64,000 bases of DNA from a virus (lineage: Duplodnaviria; Caudoviricetes): IMG/VR virus record IMGVR_UViG_3300033120_000868, positions 1-64,000 of that record, one strand, 5' to 3'. Under the pieces are notes generated by a model, which saw nothing but the letters and a program-made list of their open reading frames with translations, was not told the DNA's origin and ran no database searches. Below, in pieces: positions 50,982 to 60,449 of this stretch. A program made the translations under genes and the position numbers. Position 1 is the stretch's first letter, and every line of letters starts with the position of its first letter.

Positions 50982-51623
50982 ATGAGCATTATAAATAAAA
51001 ATTGCGGAATCTACAAAATCACATCACCAACAGGGAGGATTTACATAGGACAAACTATTAATATTGAAAGAAGGTGGAGTAATTATTATAGCTCAATAGG
51101 GGCTAATAGTCAACCAAGATTAAAGAACTCTTTTAAAAAATATGGTGTAGAAAATCACCAATTCGACGTTATAGAATATTGCTCAGAAGAAAATTTAAAT
51201 TGCTCTGAACGTTTTTGGCAAGACGAATTTAATGCCACAAATAAAGATAATTTAAATTGTTCTCTTACTAAATGTGGTGAAAAAAGATATAAACATTCAG
51301 AAGAAACGTGTAAAAAAATAAGTGAATTAAATAAAGGTAAAAAATTATCAGAGGAAACTAAAGAAAAACTTAGAATAATAAATGCAGGTGTGAACAGCCC
51401 TTGGTTTGGTAAAAATCACACAGATGAGACTAAAAGAAAAATAGGAGATGCACAAGTAGGTTTTAAGAACCACATGGCTAAATTAGTACTTAATATTGAA
51501 ACAGGTATATTTTATGATACTGCAAAAGAGGCTGCTGAATCTTGTGGAATGCATACAGCAACATTTAATACATACTTAACAGGAAAGATAAAGAATAAAT
51601 CAATTGATTACATATACGTATAA
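50982..51623 (+). CDS. GIY-YIG homing endonuclease with NUMOD3-like repeats
   Basis: GIYKIT...IYIGQT...R; HSEET..KIS and HTDETKRKIG repeats; C-terminal HTH-like segment. Confidence 0.92.
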   Translation: MSIINKNCGIYKITSPTGRIYIGQTINIERRWSNYYSSIGANSQPRLKNSFKKYGVENHQFDVIEYCSEENLNCSERFWQDEFNATNKDNLNCSLTKCGEKRYKHSEETCKKISELNKGKKLSEETKEKLRIINAGVNSPWFGKNHTDETKRKIGDAQVGFKNHMAKLVLNIETGIFYDTAKEAAESCGMHTATFNTYLTGKIKNKSIDYIYV

Positions 51624-51624
51624 A

Positions 51625-52167
51625 ATGGAAATAGGAAACATAAATATAGATTTTGACGTTATGTCAACAAGACCTTCTAATTTAGTTGTGGCTGACTCAT
51701 CAGATTGGAAATATTCAATTAACTTACCCTCTTATTTATTAGTAAAAATACCAGGTTCAAAAAAATTTAAAACATTCCCATTTAAAAAGAATGCTTTAAA
51801 TAGACTAAACTCTCACTTATTAGGACTCAGTTGTTTTAAAGATGATTGTGGAGATGAAGTTTTTATTTCAATACCTGATGGTATATACACAATTTGTGTT
51901 AAGTCAGGATATGAAGGAATTGAAAACACTAAATTTTATTTAAAAACAGACCTTTTCAAGCAAGAATTTGCAAAAGTGATGGTAAAGTATGACTTAGAAT
52001 ATAAAGATGAAGGAAAAATTTTCTTAGAAGAAATGATGTTTATAAAAGGAATTGTATCTGTAGCTGAAGCACATGCTCACCAAGGTGATTTTGTAAAAGC
52101 TCAGAGATTCTTTGAACAGGCAAAAAAACTATTAAACAAACGTGTAGAATGTAATAATTGTATATAA
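51625..52167 (+). CDS. structural protein (possible tail-hub component)
   Basis: IPDGIYTI motif; start at ATG 51625. Confidence 0.6.
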   Translation: MEIGNINIDFDVMSTRPSNLVVADSSDWKYSINLPSYLLVKIPGSKKFKTFPFKKNALNRLNSHLLGLSCFKDDCGDEVFISIPDGIYTICVKSGYEGIENTKFYLKTDLFKQEFAKVMVKYDLEYKDEGKIFLEEMMFIKGIVSVAEAHAHQGDFVKAQRFFEQAKKLLNKRVECNNCI

Positions 52168-52502
52168 TGTCACAACAACAAATAAATAGAATTTCAGCGG
52201 AAAAATATTTAGAAAAAGCAAACATCACTTTACTAAGAGAAGCTGACTTATACTACCTTGAAGAGCACTTCATGTTGGAGACAAAATACAATAAAAATAA
52301 ATTCTTACATGCACAATTATATAAGGATATTTTATGTACAGATGATTGTGAAGTTTTAAATTGGGTAGATAGAAAAATAAGAGGAAAATTAGAAGGTAAA
52401 ATAAAACTTTCAAAAAATAAAAAAATTCAACCAAATACACCTGACATTATTATAAATAATTATTATAATTTAGAGGCAAATTACGAGGATGTTCAATGGT
52501 AA
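52158..52502 (+). CDS. hypothetical structural-region protein
   Basis: 114-aa ORF. Confidence 0.6.
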   Translation: MYIMSQQQINRISAEKYLEKANITLLREADLYYLEEHFMLETKYNKNKFLHAQLYKDILCTDDCEVLNWVDRKIRGKLEGKIKLSKNKKIQPNTPDIIINNYYNLEANYEDVQW

Positions 52503-54454
52503 CAGATACACCTATAAAAATACAGATTGTAAAGTCATTATCTAATTTAAAACCTAGTCGAATGATTGCGGTTAAAGCAGATAATGAAAGTAGCTTTTCT
52601 TTATTTGTAACTGATAAAAACGGAGTACCTTACCCTTTAAAAGACTTACAAGGTAGTGGTGGAATAACAGGAATAACAAACACAGATGGAAATTTAGTAA
52701 TTACAGGAGTAAATAATAAAGTAATTAATATTACTCCTACTTTACTATCTGTAATAAACTCTGCTTTACAAAGTGGAGACCTAATTTCTACATTAGTTAA
52801 TGATGCAGGTTATTTAACAACTTTTACAGAAACAGACCCTATTTTTCAGGCTTCTGAAGCAAGTAATTTTGTTGCTGGAGATAAAAATAAATTAGATAAT
52901 CAAAGTGGGGTTAACAGTGGAGACGAAACAACTTCTAGTATACAAACAAAAAGACCTTTAAAAACTGTAAATAATGAAAGTTTAGAGGGAGTTGGAAACT
53001 TACAAATAGATTATAATAGTTTAAGTAACATTCCAAGTAGTTTTACACCAAGTCCTCATTTACACACAATAAGTGAAATTACAAATTTACAAAGTGAGTT
53101 AGATGGAAAAGAAAGTGTTTCTAATAAAGGTATAGCAAATGGTTATGCTCCATTAGATATAAACAATAAAATACCCTTAATACATCTAAATGACGCTATA
53201 TTAGGTCAAGTAAATTATATAGGATTATACGACGCTAGTTTAAATGTTCCAGCGTTACCTTCAGCAACTACAAATAAAGGAGATTATTATATTGTATCTA
53301 CAGCGGGAACTCAATTTTCACTTAATTTAGAAGTAGGAGATTGGATAATATCAAACGGAACAAGTTATAACAAAGTAGATAACACAGATGCAGTATCTTC
53401 CGTAAACGGACAAACAGGTAATGTTTTAATTGATATAGATAGCAGAGTACCTTACACAGGCGCAATTCAAAATGTAGATTTAGGAGAATATCAAATAAAG
53501 ACAGGGCAGTTAGAGTTAGACCAAACACCTACTGGAGCTTTTGGAATAGGTAAAATAAGATGGAATGATTCAGCAGGAACAGCAGAGATAAGATTAAAAG
53601 GAAATAATGTAACATTACAAATAGGTCAAGAGTTAGTAAAGAGAGTTGTAAATAAGACAGCTACAAATATTAATCTTTTAGAAGCTAATTACCAAGCTGT
53701 AAAAATTATAGGAGCTACAGGTCAAAGATTATCTATAGATTTAGCTCAAGCAAACTCACATGTAAACTCAGGAACAACTATAGGTATAGTAACAGAGACT
53801 ATAAATAATAACCAAGAGGGTTTTATAACTTACTCAGGAGAGGTTAATCAAATAAACACAACAGGTAGCTTACAAGGGGAATCTTGGTCTGACGGAGATG
53901 TACTATATTTAAGTGCAACAACACCAGGAGCAATTACAAATATTAAACCATCAGCTCCAAACCACTCTGTAATTATAGGATATGTTGAATACTCTCATTT
54001 AGTAAACGGAAAGATATTTGTCAAAGTAGATAATGGACATGAGTTAGGAGAACTGCACAATGTAGATACTACAATATCAAAAACGACTTTAGTTAATAAT
54101 GATAATTTTTTAGTACAAGATTCACAAGATTTAAATATATGGAAAAAATTCACTTGGGAAAATTTAAAAAGCCAAGTAATTACACAAATAACAGATAATG
54201 AAGTATTTAATTTTAGTTTTGAAGACGATAGTGTCATAAAAACAATTTTAAATTCCCAAATAACAAATAGTAATTTTACAAGTTTTAATTATATACCACA
54301 AGAGACTTCTGAGACAAGTTTAGATGATTTTAAATTAAACGGAGTAAATTTTAATATAGAAAATATAATTGACAACACTTCATTCGATATAAGAGCAACG
54401 GCTATAAATAATGCAAGTGGTAACTACACAATAAAATACATAGTAATAATATGA
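52496..54454 (+). CDS. tail fibre-like protein
   Basis: mosaic of fibre modules (ETDP.F, PS.H.H.I.EIT.LQ..LD.K, KG..NGYAPLD, VSSVNGQTGNV). Confidence 0.75.
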   Translation: MVTDTPIKIQIVKSLSNLKPSRMIAVKADNESSFSLFVTDKNGVPYPLKDLQGSGGITGITNTDGNLVITGVNNKVINITPTLLSVINSALQSGDLISTLVNDAGYLTTFTETDPIFQASEASNFVAGDKNKLDNQSGVNSGDETTSSIQTKRPLKTVNNESLEGVGNLQIDYNSLSNIPSSFTPSPHLHTISEITNLQSELDGKESVSNKGIANGYAPLDINNKIPLIHLNDAILGQVNYIGLYDASLNVPALPSATTNKGDYYIVSTAGTQFSLNLEVGDWIISNGTSYNKVDNTDAVSSVNGQTGNVLIDIDSRVPYTGAIQNVDLGEYQIKTGQLELDQTPTGAFGIGKIRWNDSAGTAEIRLKGNNVTLQIGQELVKRVVNKTATNINLLEANYQAVKIIGATGQRLSIDLAQANSHVNSGTTIGIVTETINNNQEGFITYSGEVNQINTTGSLQGESWSDGDVLYLSATTPGAITNIKPSAPNHSVIIGYVEYSHLVNGKIFVKVDNGHELGELHNVDTTISKTTLVNNDNFLVQDSQDLNIWKKFTWENLKSQVITQITDNEVFNFSFEDDSVIKTILNSQITNSNFTSFNYIPQETSETSLDDFKLNGVNFNIENIIDNTSFDIRATAINNASGNYTIKYIVII

Positions 54455-55908
54455 GTACAATACTAAAAGACGGTGTTGGAGGAGCTAACTTATTAAAAAT
54501 TAATAGTGCAAATCAAGCCGAAGTAAAACTTGCCAACCCAGTAGAAATAAATGGAGACCAAAATACTGATAAAGTAGGTTCTGTCAGACTAATGGGAGAA
54601 TTAGACGCAGGAACAATAACTGGAGAAGCAAAACTAAAAGCATTAGAAGTTACAAGTGATTATAGACTTAGAGTTGGTTTAGACCAAACAGTTTTTAACG
54701 AAGTATTCCCAGGGTCTACTGTAAATTCAACTATTTGGACAGCACCTGCAACAACAGCAACTATAACAGTGGCAGGGGGTTTTGCAAATTTAAATGCAGG
54801 AGCATCAGTAGCAATAAACGCTGTTGCTAGATTACAAACATGGAGACATTTTCCTTGTTATAAATCATACACCACTTATTTTGAGGAAGAGATACAGTTT
54901 ACTCAATTACCTGTAGCTGGAAATGTTTGTGAATGGGGAGCTTTTTTATCTACAGGCACAAACGCTCCAACAGACGGAGTATTTTTCAGGATTAATGCGT
55001 TAGGAGAATTTAGAGCAGTTATTAATTATAGCGGTACAGAAACACAATCAGACTCTCTAGATTTTGCTTCATTAGTTGGAGTAAATACTTCAAGAGCATT
55101 TTTAATATATGTTATATCAAATAAAGCTCTTTTTTGGATTGATAATATTTTAGTTGCAGAAATAGAGATGCCACCAGCACAAGGGTCAGTAACTGCTTCA
55201 ATGAACTTACCAATAGCTTTTAGAAATTACAACGCAACAGCAACATCAGTCGCTCAGATTATGAAGGTAAGTAATGTCAATGTTACCTTAGCTGACCAAA
55301 ATACAAACAAACAATGGTCTCATATTATTACAGGAGCAGGAGGACACGCCTCACAAGGACAAACAGGACAAACTTTAGGAACTACAGCATTATACAGTAA
55401 CAACTTGGCAGTAGGGGCAGGGGTAGCTATGACGAATACAACTGCTGCGCTTGGTTCAGGGTTAGGAGGGCAATTTACAACACAACCTACCTTAGCTGTA
55501 GGAACTGATGGTATAGTTAGTTCATTTCAAGTACCTTTAGGAACTTCTACATTACCTGGTAAATCATTATATATAACAAGAGTGAATATTAGTTCAGCAG
55601 TAACATCAGCTTTAACTGGAGGAGCAGTAGTTTACGCATACTCTTTGGCTTACGGACATACAGCTGTATCACTAGCAACAACTGAGTCTGCCACAACTAA
55701 AGCTCCTAGAAGATTAGCTCTAGGTATACAATCTTTTCCAGCTACATCTGCGGTAGGTACTGCACCTAATATGATAGATATTGATTTAGCTGCACCAATT
55801 GTGGTTCAACCAGGAGAATTTATACAATTAGTAGCTAAAAATATAGGAGTAGTAACAACAGCAGGAACAATCACCTTTATAGTAGGTTTTGGAGGATATT
55901 GGGAATAA
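54451..55908 (+). CDS. virion protein with lectin/ConA-like beta domain
   Basis: DGVFFR...FWIDN.LV pattern; G/T/A-rich. Confidence 0.6.
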   Translation: MSTILKDGVGGANLLKINSANQAEVKLANPVEINGDQNTDKVGSVRLMGELDAGTITGEAKLKALEVTSDYRLRVGLDQTVFNEVFPGSTVNSTIWTAPATTATITVAGGFANLNAGASVAINAVARLQTWRHFPCYKSYTTYFEEEIQFTQLPVAGNVCEWGAFLSTGTNAPTDGVFFRINALGEFRAVINYSGTETQSDSLDFASLVGVNTSRAFLIYVISNKALFWIDNILVAEIEMPPAQGSVTASMNLPIAFRNYNATATSVAQIMKVSNVNVTLADQNTNKQWSHIITGAGGHASQGQTGQTLGTTALYSNNLAVGAGVAMTNTTAALGSGLGGQFTTQPTLAVGTDGIVSSFQVPLGTSTLPGKSLYITRVNISSAVTSALTGGAVVYAYSLAYGHTAVSLATTESATTKAPRRLALGIQSFPATSAVGTAPNMIDIDLAAPIVVQPGEFIQLVAKNIGVVTTAGTITFIVGFGGYWE

Positions 55909-56354
55909 CAAATAAAAAATTTAAAATAATGGGATGCCACAATAAAATATCTCACACATGTGGAGAGAGAACATATTTAATATGTAGCGAATATGAAGGA
56001 ACAGTAAACACAGATTCATCTTTAACAGAAGAATCTTGTTTAAACGGACAAGAAGTAGTACAAGACATCTACAATCAACTTGAAAACTTAGACTTATCTG
56101 CTTTAGGGGAGTTATGCCTCTCTTACGTTCAAGATAATAATAAGAACATCGTCAAAAATGTACTTTTAAAATTTGAAGAAAAAATATGTGAGTATGAAGA
56201 AAGAATTAATTTATTAGAAAACAGACCTTTATGTGAGATGCCTTTAGGAGATTGTGTCGACACAAAATGTTTAGTTGACTCGTGCAATGAGAATATTTCT
56301 ACTGTAGGTCAATTATTACAAGCTTTAGTAGATTTAAATTGTCCAACACCTTAA
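55899..56354 (+). CDS. Cys-rich structural protein
   Basis: many Cys plus a coiled segment; probable start at MGCHNK. Confidence 0.6.
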   Translation: MGITNKKFKIMGCHNKISHTCGERTYLICSEYEGTVNTDSSLTEESCLNGQEVVQDIYNQLENLDLSALGELCLSYVQDNNKNIVKNVLLKFEEKICEYEERINLLENRPLCEMPLGDCVDTKCLVDSCNENISTVGQLLQALVDLNCPTP

Positions 56355-56366
56355 TAAAATATAAAA

Positions 56367-56615
56367 ATGGAATGTACAAATTATATAACAATACCAACAC
56401 TACCCTCAGACCCTTGTAATGGAGAGAGAGGTAACACAAAATGTATTTTCAGTGAAGATGCTTTCACTTTATTAGGAGTTAGTGCTAATTCAAGTTTAGA
56501 TGTGATTCTAAACGCATTTGTAGTAGCTTTGAACGCACAAAATACAAGATTAAACGCACAAGATTTGTTAATAGCAGATTTAGAAGCACGCGTAGAAATT
56601 TTAGAAACACCTTAA
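56367..56615 (+). CDS. small Cys/coiled-coil protein
   Basis: DPCNG...C..I; C-terminal LEARVEILE. Confidence 0.6.
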   Translation: MECTNYITIPTLPSDPCNGERGNTKCIFSEDAFTLLGVSANSSLDVILNAFVVALNAQNTRLNAQDLLIADLEARVEILETP

Positions 56616-56619
56616 TAGT

Positions 56620-56886
56620 ATGAACACAATAAGAAATATAATTAACGATACTTTAAAAAGCAGAGGAAAGTGGAGTATGAAAAGATTAACAGCATTTGTT
56701 GTTATGGTTTTTGTATTAGCTTTAGGAGTTTTTATAGTTATATCTGATAAGATTTTAGACCGCGAGGTTAATAGATATGCGATAGATGTCTTTCAATCTT
56801 TACTTTTTTTTGAAGCAGCATTGATGGGTATTAATGAGTTTGGTAAAAAATTAGAAAATAAAGAACAAAAAACAGAAGAAGAATGA
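56620..56886 (+). CDS. putative holin
   Basis: GKWS.KRL, two TM segments, charged C-terminus; overlaps the endolysin start. Confidence 0.7.
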   Translation: MNTIRNIINDTLKSRGKWSMKRLTAFVVMVFVLALGVFIVISDKILDREVNRYAIDVFQSLLFFEAALMGINEFGKKLENKEQKTEEE

Positions 56887-57428
56887 TATTTATTTCAGCA
56901 GGACATAATACAGGAGGTTTAAAACCTGACCCTGGAGCAGTAGCTAATGGACACACAGAAGCTAAATTAGCCATAGAAATTAGAGACTTAGTAGTTAAGG
57001 AATTAAAGAAAGATAGCAGTATAAAAATTGTAACTGACAATGACGACGAAAGATTAGGAGAATATCTTAGTAGAATTAAGACAGGAAATGGAAGTGTGGT
57101 ATTAGAGTTCCATTTTGACGCTGCATCCCCAACCGCTACTGGAACAACTGTTCTAATTGAAGCCGAAGCAGATAGATTAGATAAAGCTTTTGCCAAAGAA
57201 ATTGTAGACAAAACAGCGGAAGTATTAAAAATTAAAAACAGAGGAGTTAAATCAGAAACTGACAGTCACAGAGGAAAGTTAGGGCTTATGAGAGAAGAGG
57301 GTATTATAGCTCTTTTAGAGGTAGGTTTTATTACTAATGTTTCAGATATAAAAACGTTTAAAGAGAACAAAGAAGTTTTAGCTGTAGAATTGGCGAAAAT
57401 AATTAAAAAATACGAAAACTTAATATAA
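56883..57428 (+). CDS. endolysin, N-acetylmuramoyl-L-alanine amidase (Amidase_3)
   Basis: SAGH...DPGA..NG..E, EFHFDA and LLEVGFI.N..D motifs. Confidence 0.92.
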   Translation: MIFISAGHNTGGLKPDPGAVANGHTEAKLAIEIRDLVVKELKKDSSIKIVTDNDDERLGEYLSRIKTGNGSVVLEFHFDAASPTATGTTVLIEAEADRLDKAFAKEIVDKTAEVLKIKNRGVKSETDSHRGKLGLMREEGIIALLEVGFITNVSDIKTFKENKEVLAVELAKIIKKYENLI

Positions 57429-57430
57429 AA

Positions 57431-57889
57431 ATGAAAATAGACTACACAAATTTATCATTTACAGAATTAATTGATAAAATAGAAGCTAATAGATTCTTTG
57501 ATTTACCAAGAATGATACGAGAGGCTTTCAAAAGACTTATACCTCAAGAGCCAAAATACAAAGTCTACACAGCTTTACTAACCCAATCAGGAACAGACGC
57601 ACCTGTAGCAACGGTTTTAGAAAACACGTTAGGAGAGACAATATCTTTTGGCTATAGTTCACCAGGTTACTACTCCATAAATACAACAGGAGAATTTCCA
57701 CAAAATAAAACAACATTCTCAATTAAAAATGTTATTAATGGTACTACGGTTAGTTCCGAAACATATATAGGTATTTTTTCAGATGCGTTAAACATTAACA
57801 CTATTGATTTTACAACACTTAATGATTTTAGCACAGCGGTTAATAATATATTACTTAACACACCAATAGAAATCAGAGTTTACCACTAA
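57431..57889 (+). CDS. fibre-associated protein
   Basis: YKVYTALL.Q.GT.AP.A.VLENTLG ... IEIRVY domain. Confidence 0.6.
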   Translation: MKIDYTNLSFTELIDKIEANRFFDLPRMIREAFKRLIPQEPKYKVYTALLTQSGTDAPVATVLENTLGETISFGYSSPGYYSINTTGEFPQNKTTFSIKNVINGTTVSSETYIGIFSDALNINTIDFTTLNDFSTAVNNILLNTPIEIRVYH

Positions 57890-57904
57890 ATAAAATAAAA
57901 AGAA

Positions 57905-58873
57905 ATGAGCTGTAATTGCAACAACCAATCAACAAACTATAACATCTGTAATCCATCACCTTGTCAAGAGCCACAGGATTGTTCATGTCCAACTATACTA
58001 TCCACAGATTGTGTAACTTATGGTGGAAATGACTTAGAATGTAGTGGAATAGTAACAGGACAAACGTTAACAGAAACTATAGAACAACTTGATACATTTA
58101 TTTGTGAAAAAGTAGATGATATAACTAATGCTTTAACTTTAAGAAATATAGGTGCAGGAGCTAAAGTTTACAAAGGAGATGATTTACTTGGGCGAAAAGA
58201 ATTAAGAACAGTTACAAAAACAGGAAATTTAGTAACAATAACTGAAAATTCAAATGATATTGCTATAAGTATTAACGAATCTAACTTAACAACTTTTGTA
58301 AACAAATTAATTCCCGAACCTTGTATAACATCTACAGATGAATCTGTAACAATAGTAGAAGCTGGGGGATGTTTTGATTTATCAGTAGCACCAACCCCAA
58401 CATCAATAGAGGCAGGAGACAACGTAATTGTAACAGGTACAGGAACTACAGTAGACCCTTACATAATAAGTTCTATAGACACTATAGCTATATTAGAAAG
58501 TGGAACAACAACAACAGTAACAGGAACAGGTATCACATCAGATGAGTATCAAGTAGAAATAAATAACCTACAAAAAATAATAGATACATTCCCATACACA
58601 TTAACATCAGCAGATGATAAATATACAATATTTGTTAATAACGTAGCATCAGATGTTAGTATAAATGTACCTAACGGATTAGTTGATAATTTTTCTTGTG
58701 TGTTTATACAAGAAGGCTCTGGAGAAGTAACGATACAATCATCAGGAACAGCAACAGTGTTAAAACCTGCAATATTACAAAATATAATCAAAGGTCAAAA
58801 TTATTGGGCTATGATAGAAAAGAAATTAACAACAGACACTTACTTCTTATTAGGAAGTTTAAAAATAATTTAA
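57905..58873 (+). CDS. Cys-rich fibre / hub protein
   Basis: N-terminal Cys cluster, repeated GTGT..DPY.I segments and a C-terminal receptor-like domain. Confidence 0.6.
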   Translation: MSCNCNNQSTNYNICNPSPCQEPQDCSCPTILSTDCVTYGGNDLECSGIVTGQTLTETIEQLDTFICEKVDDITNALTLRNIGAGAKVYKGDDLLGRKELRTVTKTGNLVTITENSNDIAISINESNLTTFVNKLIPEPCITSTDESVTIVEAGGCFDLSVAPTPTSIEAGDNVIVTGTGTTVDPYIISSIDTIAILESGTTTTVTGTGITSDEYQVEINNLQKIIDTFPYTLTSADDKYTIFVNNVASDVSINVPNGLVDNFSCVFIQEGSGEVTIQSSGTATVLKPAILQNIIKGQNYWAMIEKKLTTDTYFLLGSLKII

Positions 58874-58875
58874 TC

Positions 58876-59184
58876 ATGCTTTGGAAATATAAAAAAGTTT
58901 ATCAAGAGACTAACGAAGATGTTACTATTCCTTGTAACAATAGGTATCTGATAAGTGTATTCGCTGCACCTAATGATTTGCAAGGTGGTTGTAATGCAAT
59001 AAGTGTATCTTTTCATTTTGCAGGATGGCAAATTGGGGATGATATTGAAATGTTTTCTTGGGACTACACTAATTGGACACAAGAATACTACATCAATCGT
59101 TGTATTGATTTAGACACACTTACTTATAATTGTGGTAATAGAATAAATTTTATATGGGATGATAATATAAGTTGTTGTGTATAG
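58876..59184 (+). CDS. hypothetical protein (start MLWKYKK)
   Basis: ATG immediately after the stop of the upstream gene. Confidence 0.55.
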   Translation: MLWKYKKVYQETNEDVTIPCNNRYLISVFAAPNDLQGGCNAISVSFHFAGWQIGDDIEMFSWDYTNWTQEYYINRCIDLDTLTYNCGNRINFIWDDNISCCV

Positions 59185-59314
59185 TCTTAACATATAGGTT
59201 TTGGTTTACCTATTTTTCTGTTGGAGTGAGGTGGTGTAATAACCACCTTTCTCTTTTTTAACTAATTTTGATAAATGAAAAAAATTAACTAATTTTGCAA
59301 CTAAATTAATTACA

Positions 59315-59974
59315 ATGGCAACATACGGAGATATAGTAAGTAGAATATCAAATTCACTTAATTCAGTATCAAAAGATAATAGAATACCTAAAAGATTTAT
59401 TTTAAAAGTTGTAAAAGATATTGCAACTTTTTTAATAGCTCAAAAGTTAGGTGATAGAAGTTTATATAAAGAGTCAAATCCTTATATAACAATTTCTTGC
59501 TTTGAATTAGAGCCTATTGAAGTTGTAAAATGCGACATAATAGAATTTAGAAGATGTAAATCTATTATGAAATCAAAGCATAAATTGCCAAGGTTAATAG
59601 ACTCTAAGTACGGAGCATCACTAAAAGAAGTGACAGCTTTAGATGACGAAACAGAATTTAAGTTCACAACTCCTGCACAATATCGCCGAGATAAAAACAG
59701 AGGAGAGAGTGATTACAAATACTATTATATTAAGGATGAATATTTATATTTATTAGATGTTACAGTACCAAGAGTAAACTTATATGTATTGACCTTAGAT
59801 GAAGAAAGCGTAGAATCCTGCGACAGGTGTAATGATTGCAAAAGTTTATGGGAATATGATTTAAATATACCTGATAAACTTTTAGAGGCAGTAATACAAG
59901 AAACTTTAAAAACAGTATCAATTAGAAAACAGATTCCAAGGGATGAAAATGCCAATACGCAAGAGGGGAATTAG
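59315..59974 (+). CDS. putative tail ring protein
   Basis: YYYIKD.YLYL motif and helical ends like crAss-type ring proteins. Confidence 0.55.
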   Translation: MATYGDIVSRISNSLNSVSKDNRIPKRFILKVVKDIATFLIAQKLGDRSLYKESNPYITISCFELEPIEVVKCDIIEFRRCKSIMKSKHKLPRLIDSKYGASLKEVTALDDETEFKFTTPAQYRRDKNRGESDYKYYYIKDEYLYLLDVTVPRVNLYVLTLDEESVESCDRCNDCKSLWEYDLNIPDKLLEAVIQETLKTVSIRKQIPRDENANTQEGN

Positions 59975-60449
59975 AAAAAGATTTAGAAAGCTAAAGAACA
60001 TAGATAAAACCTCCTTGATTGATTTTAAAGCTTATGTTTTTTATAGAGAAAAATCTAAAATAGCCACAAGAGAGACAGTGCAACACTTTGTTGAATATGG
60101 AAAAATAATTTCTGAGTTTTATAAAATAGTTGGAGAGAAGATAGTTGAAGACCCTGATGGAGTTTATATAGACTTTTTAGGATATTTTGGAGTGATGTGT
60201 TATGAAGATAGAAACTTTAGATATGATTTTGCAAAAAAGAAAAAGGTACTTACAGATAAATATGCATTTAAGTTAATGTTTGTCCCAAATAAAAGACACT
60301 TACTTGCATGGGTAGCAGATAATAACTTCTCACTTAAACTAAGACAAAACTTAAAAAACTCTATAAAAACTACAAATAGAGAGTATACCTTTAACTGCGA
60401 GCTTTTCAAAATAAGCCACAACCATAGAAAATATAATAAAAACAAATGA
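59943..60449 (+). CDS. HU/IHF-like protein between ring genes
   Basis: II..F...V...IVE..DGV.I..LG.F pattern; synteny with crAss-like tail block. Confidence 0.5.
   Translation: MKMPIRKRGIRKRFRKLKNIDKTSLIDFKAYVFYREKSKIATRETVQHFVEYGKIISEFYKIVGEKIVEDPDGVYIDFLGYFGVMCYEDRNFRYDFAKKKKVLTDKYAFKLMFVPNKRHLLAWVADNNFSLKLRQNLKNSIKTTNREYTFNCELFKISHNHRKYNKNK

Noticed and set aside
50971-51624. Group I intron carrying the GIY-YIG gene
   Set aside because: No sequence space for P3-P9 core elements; the duplicated 5' end explains gene rescue without splicing.
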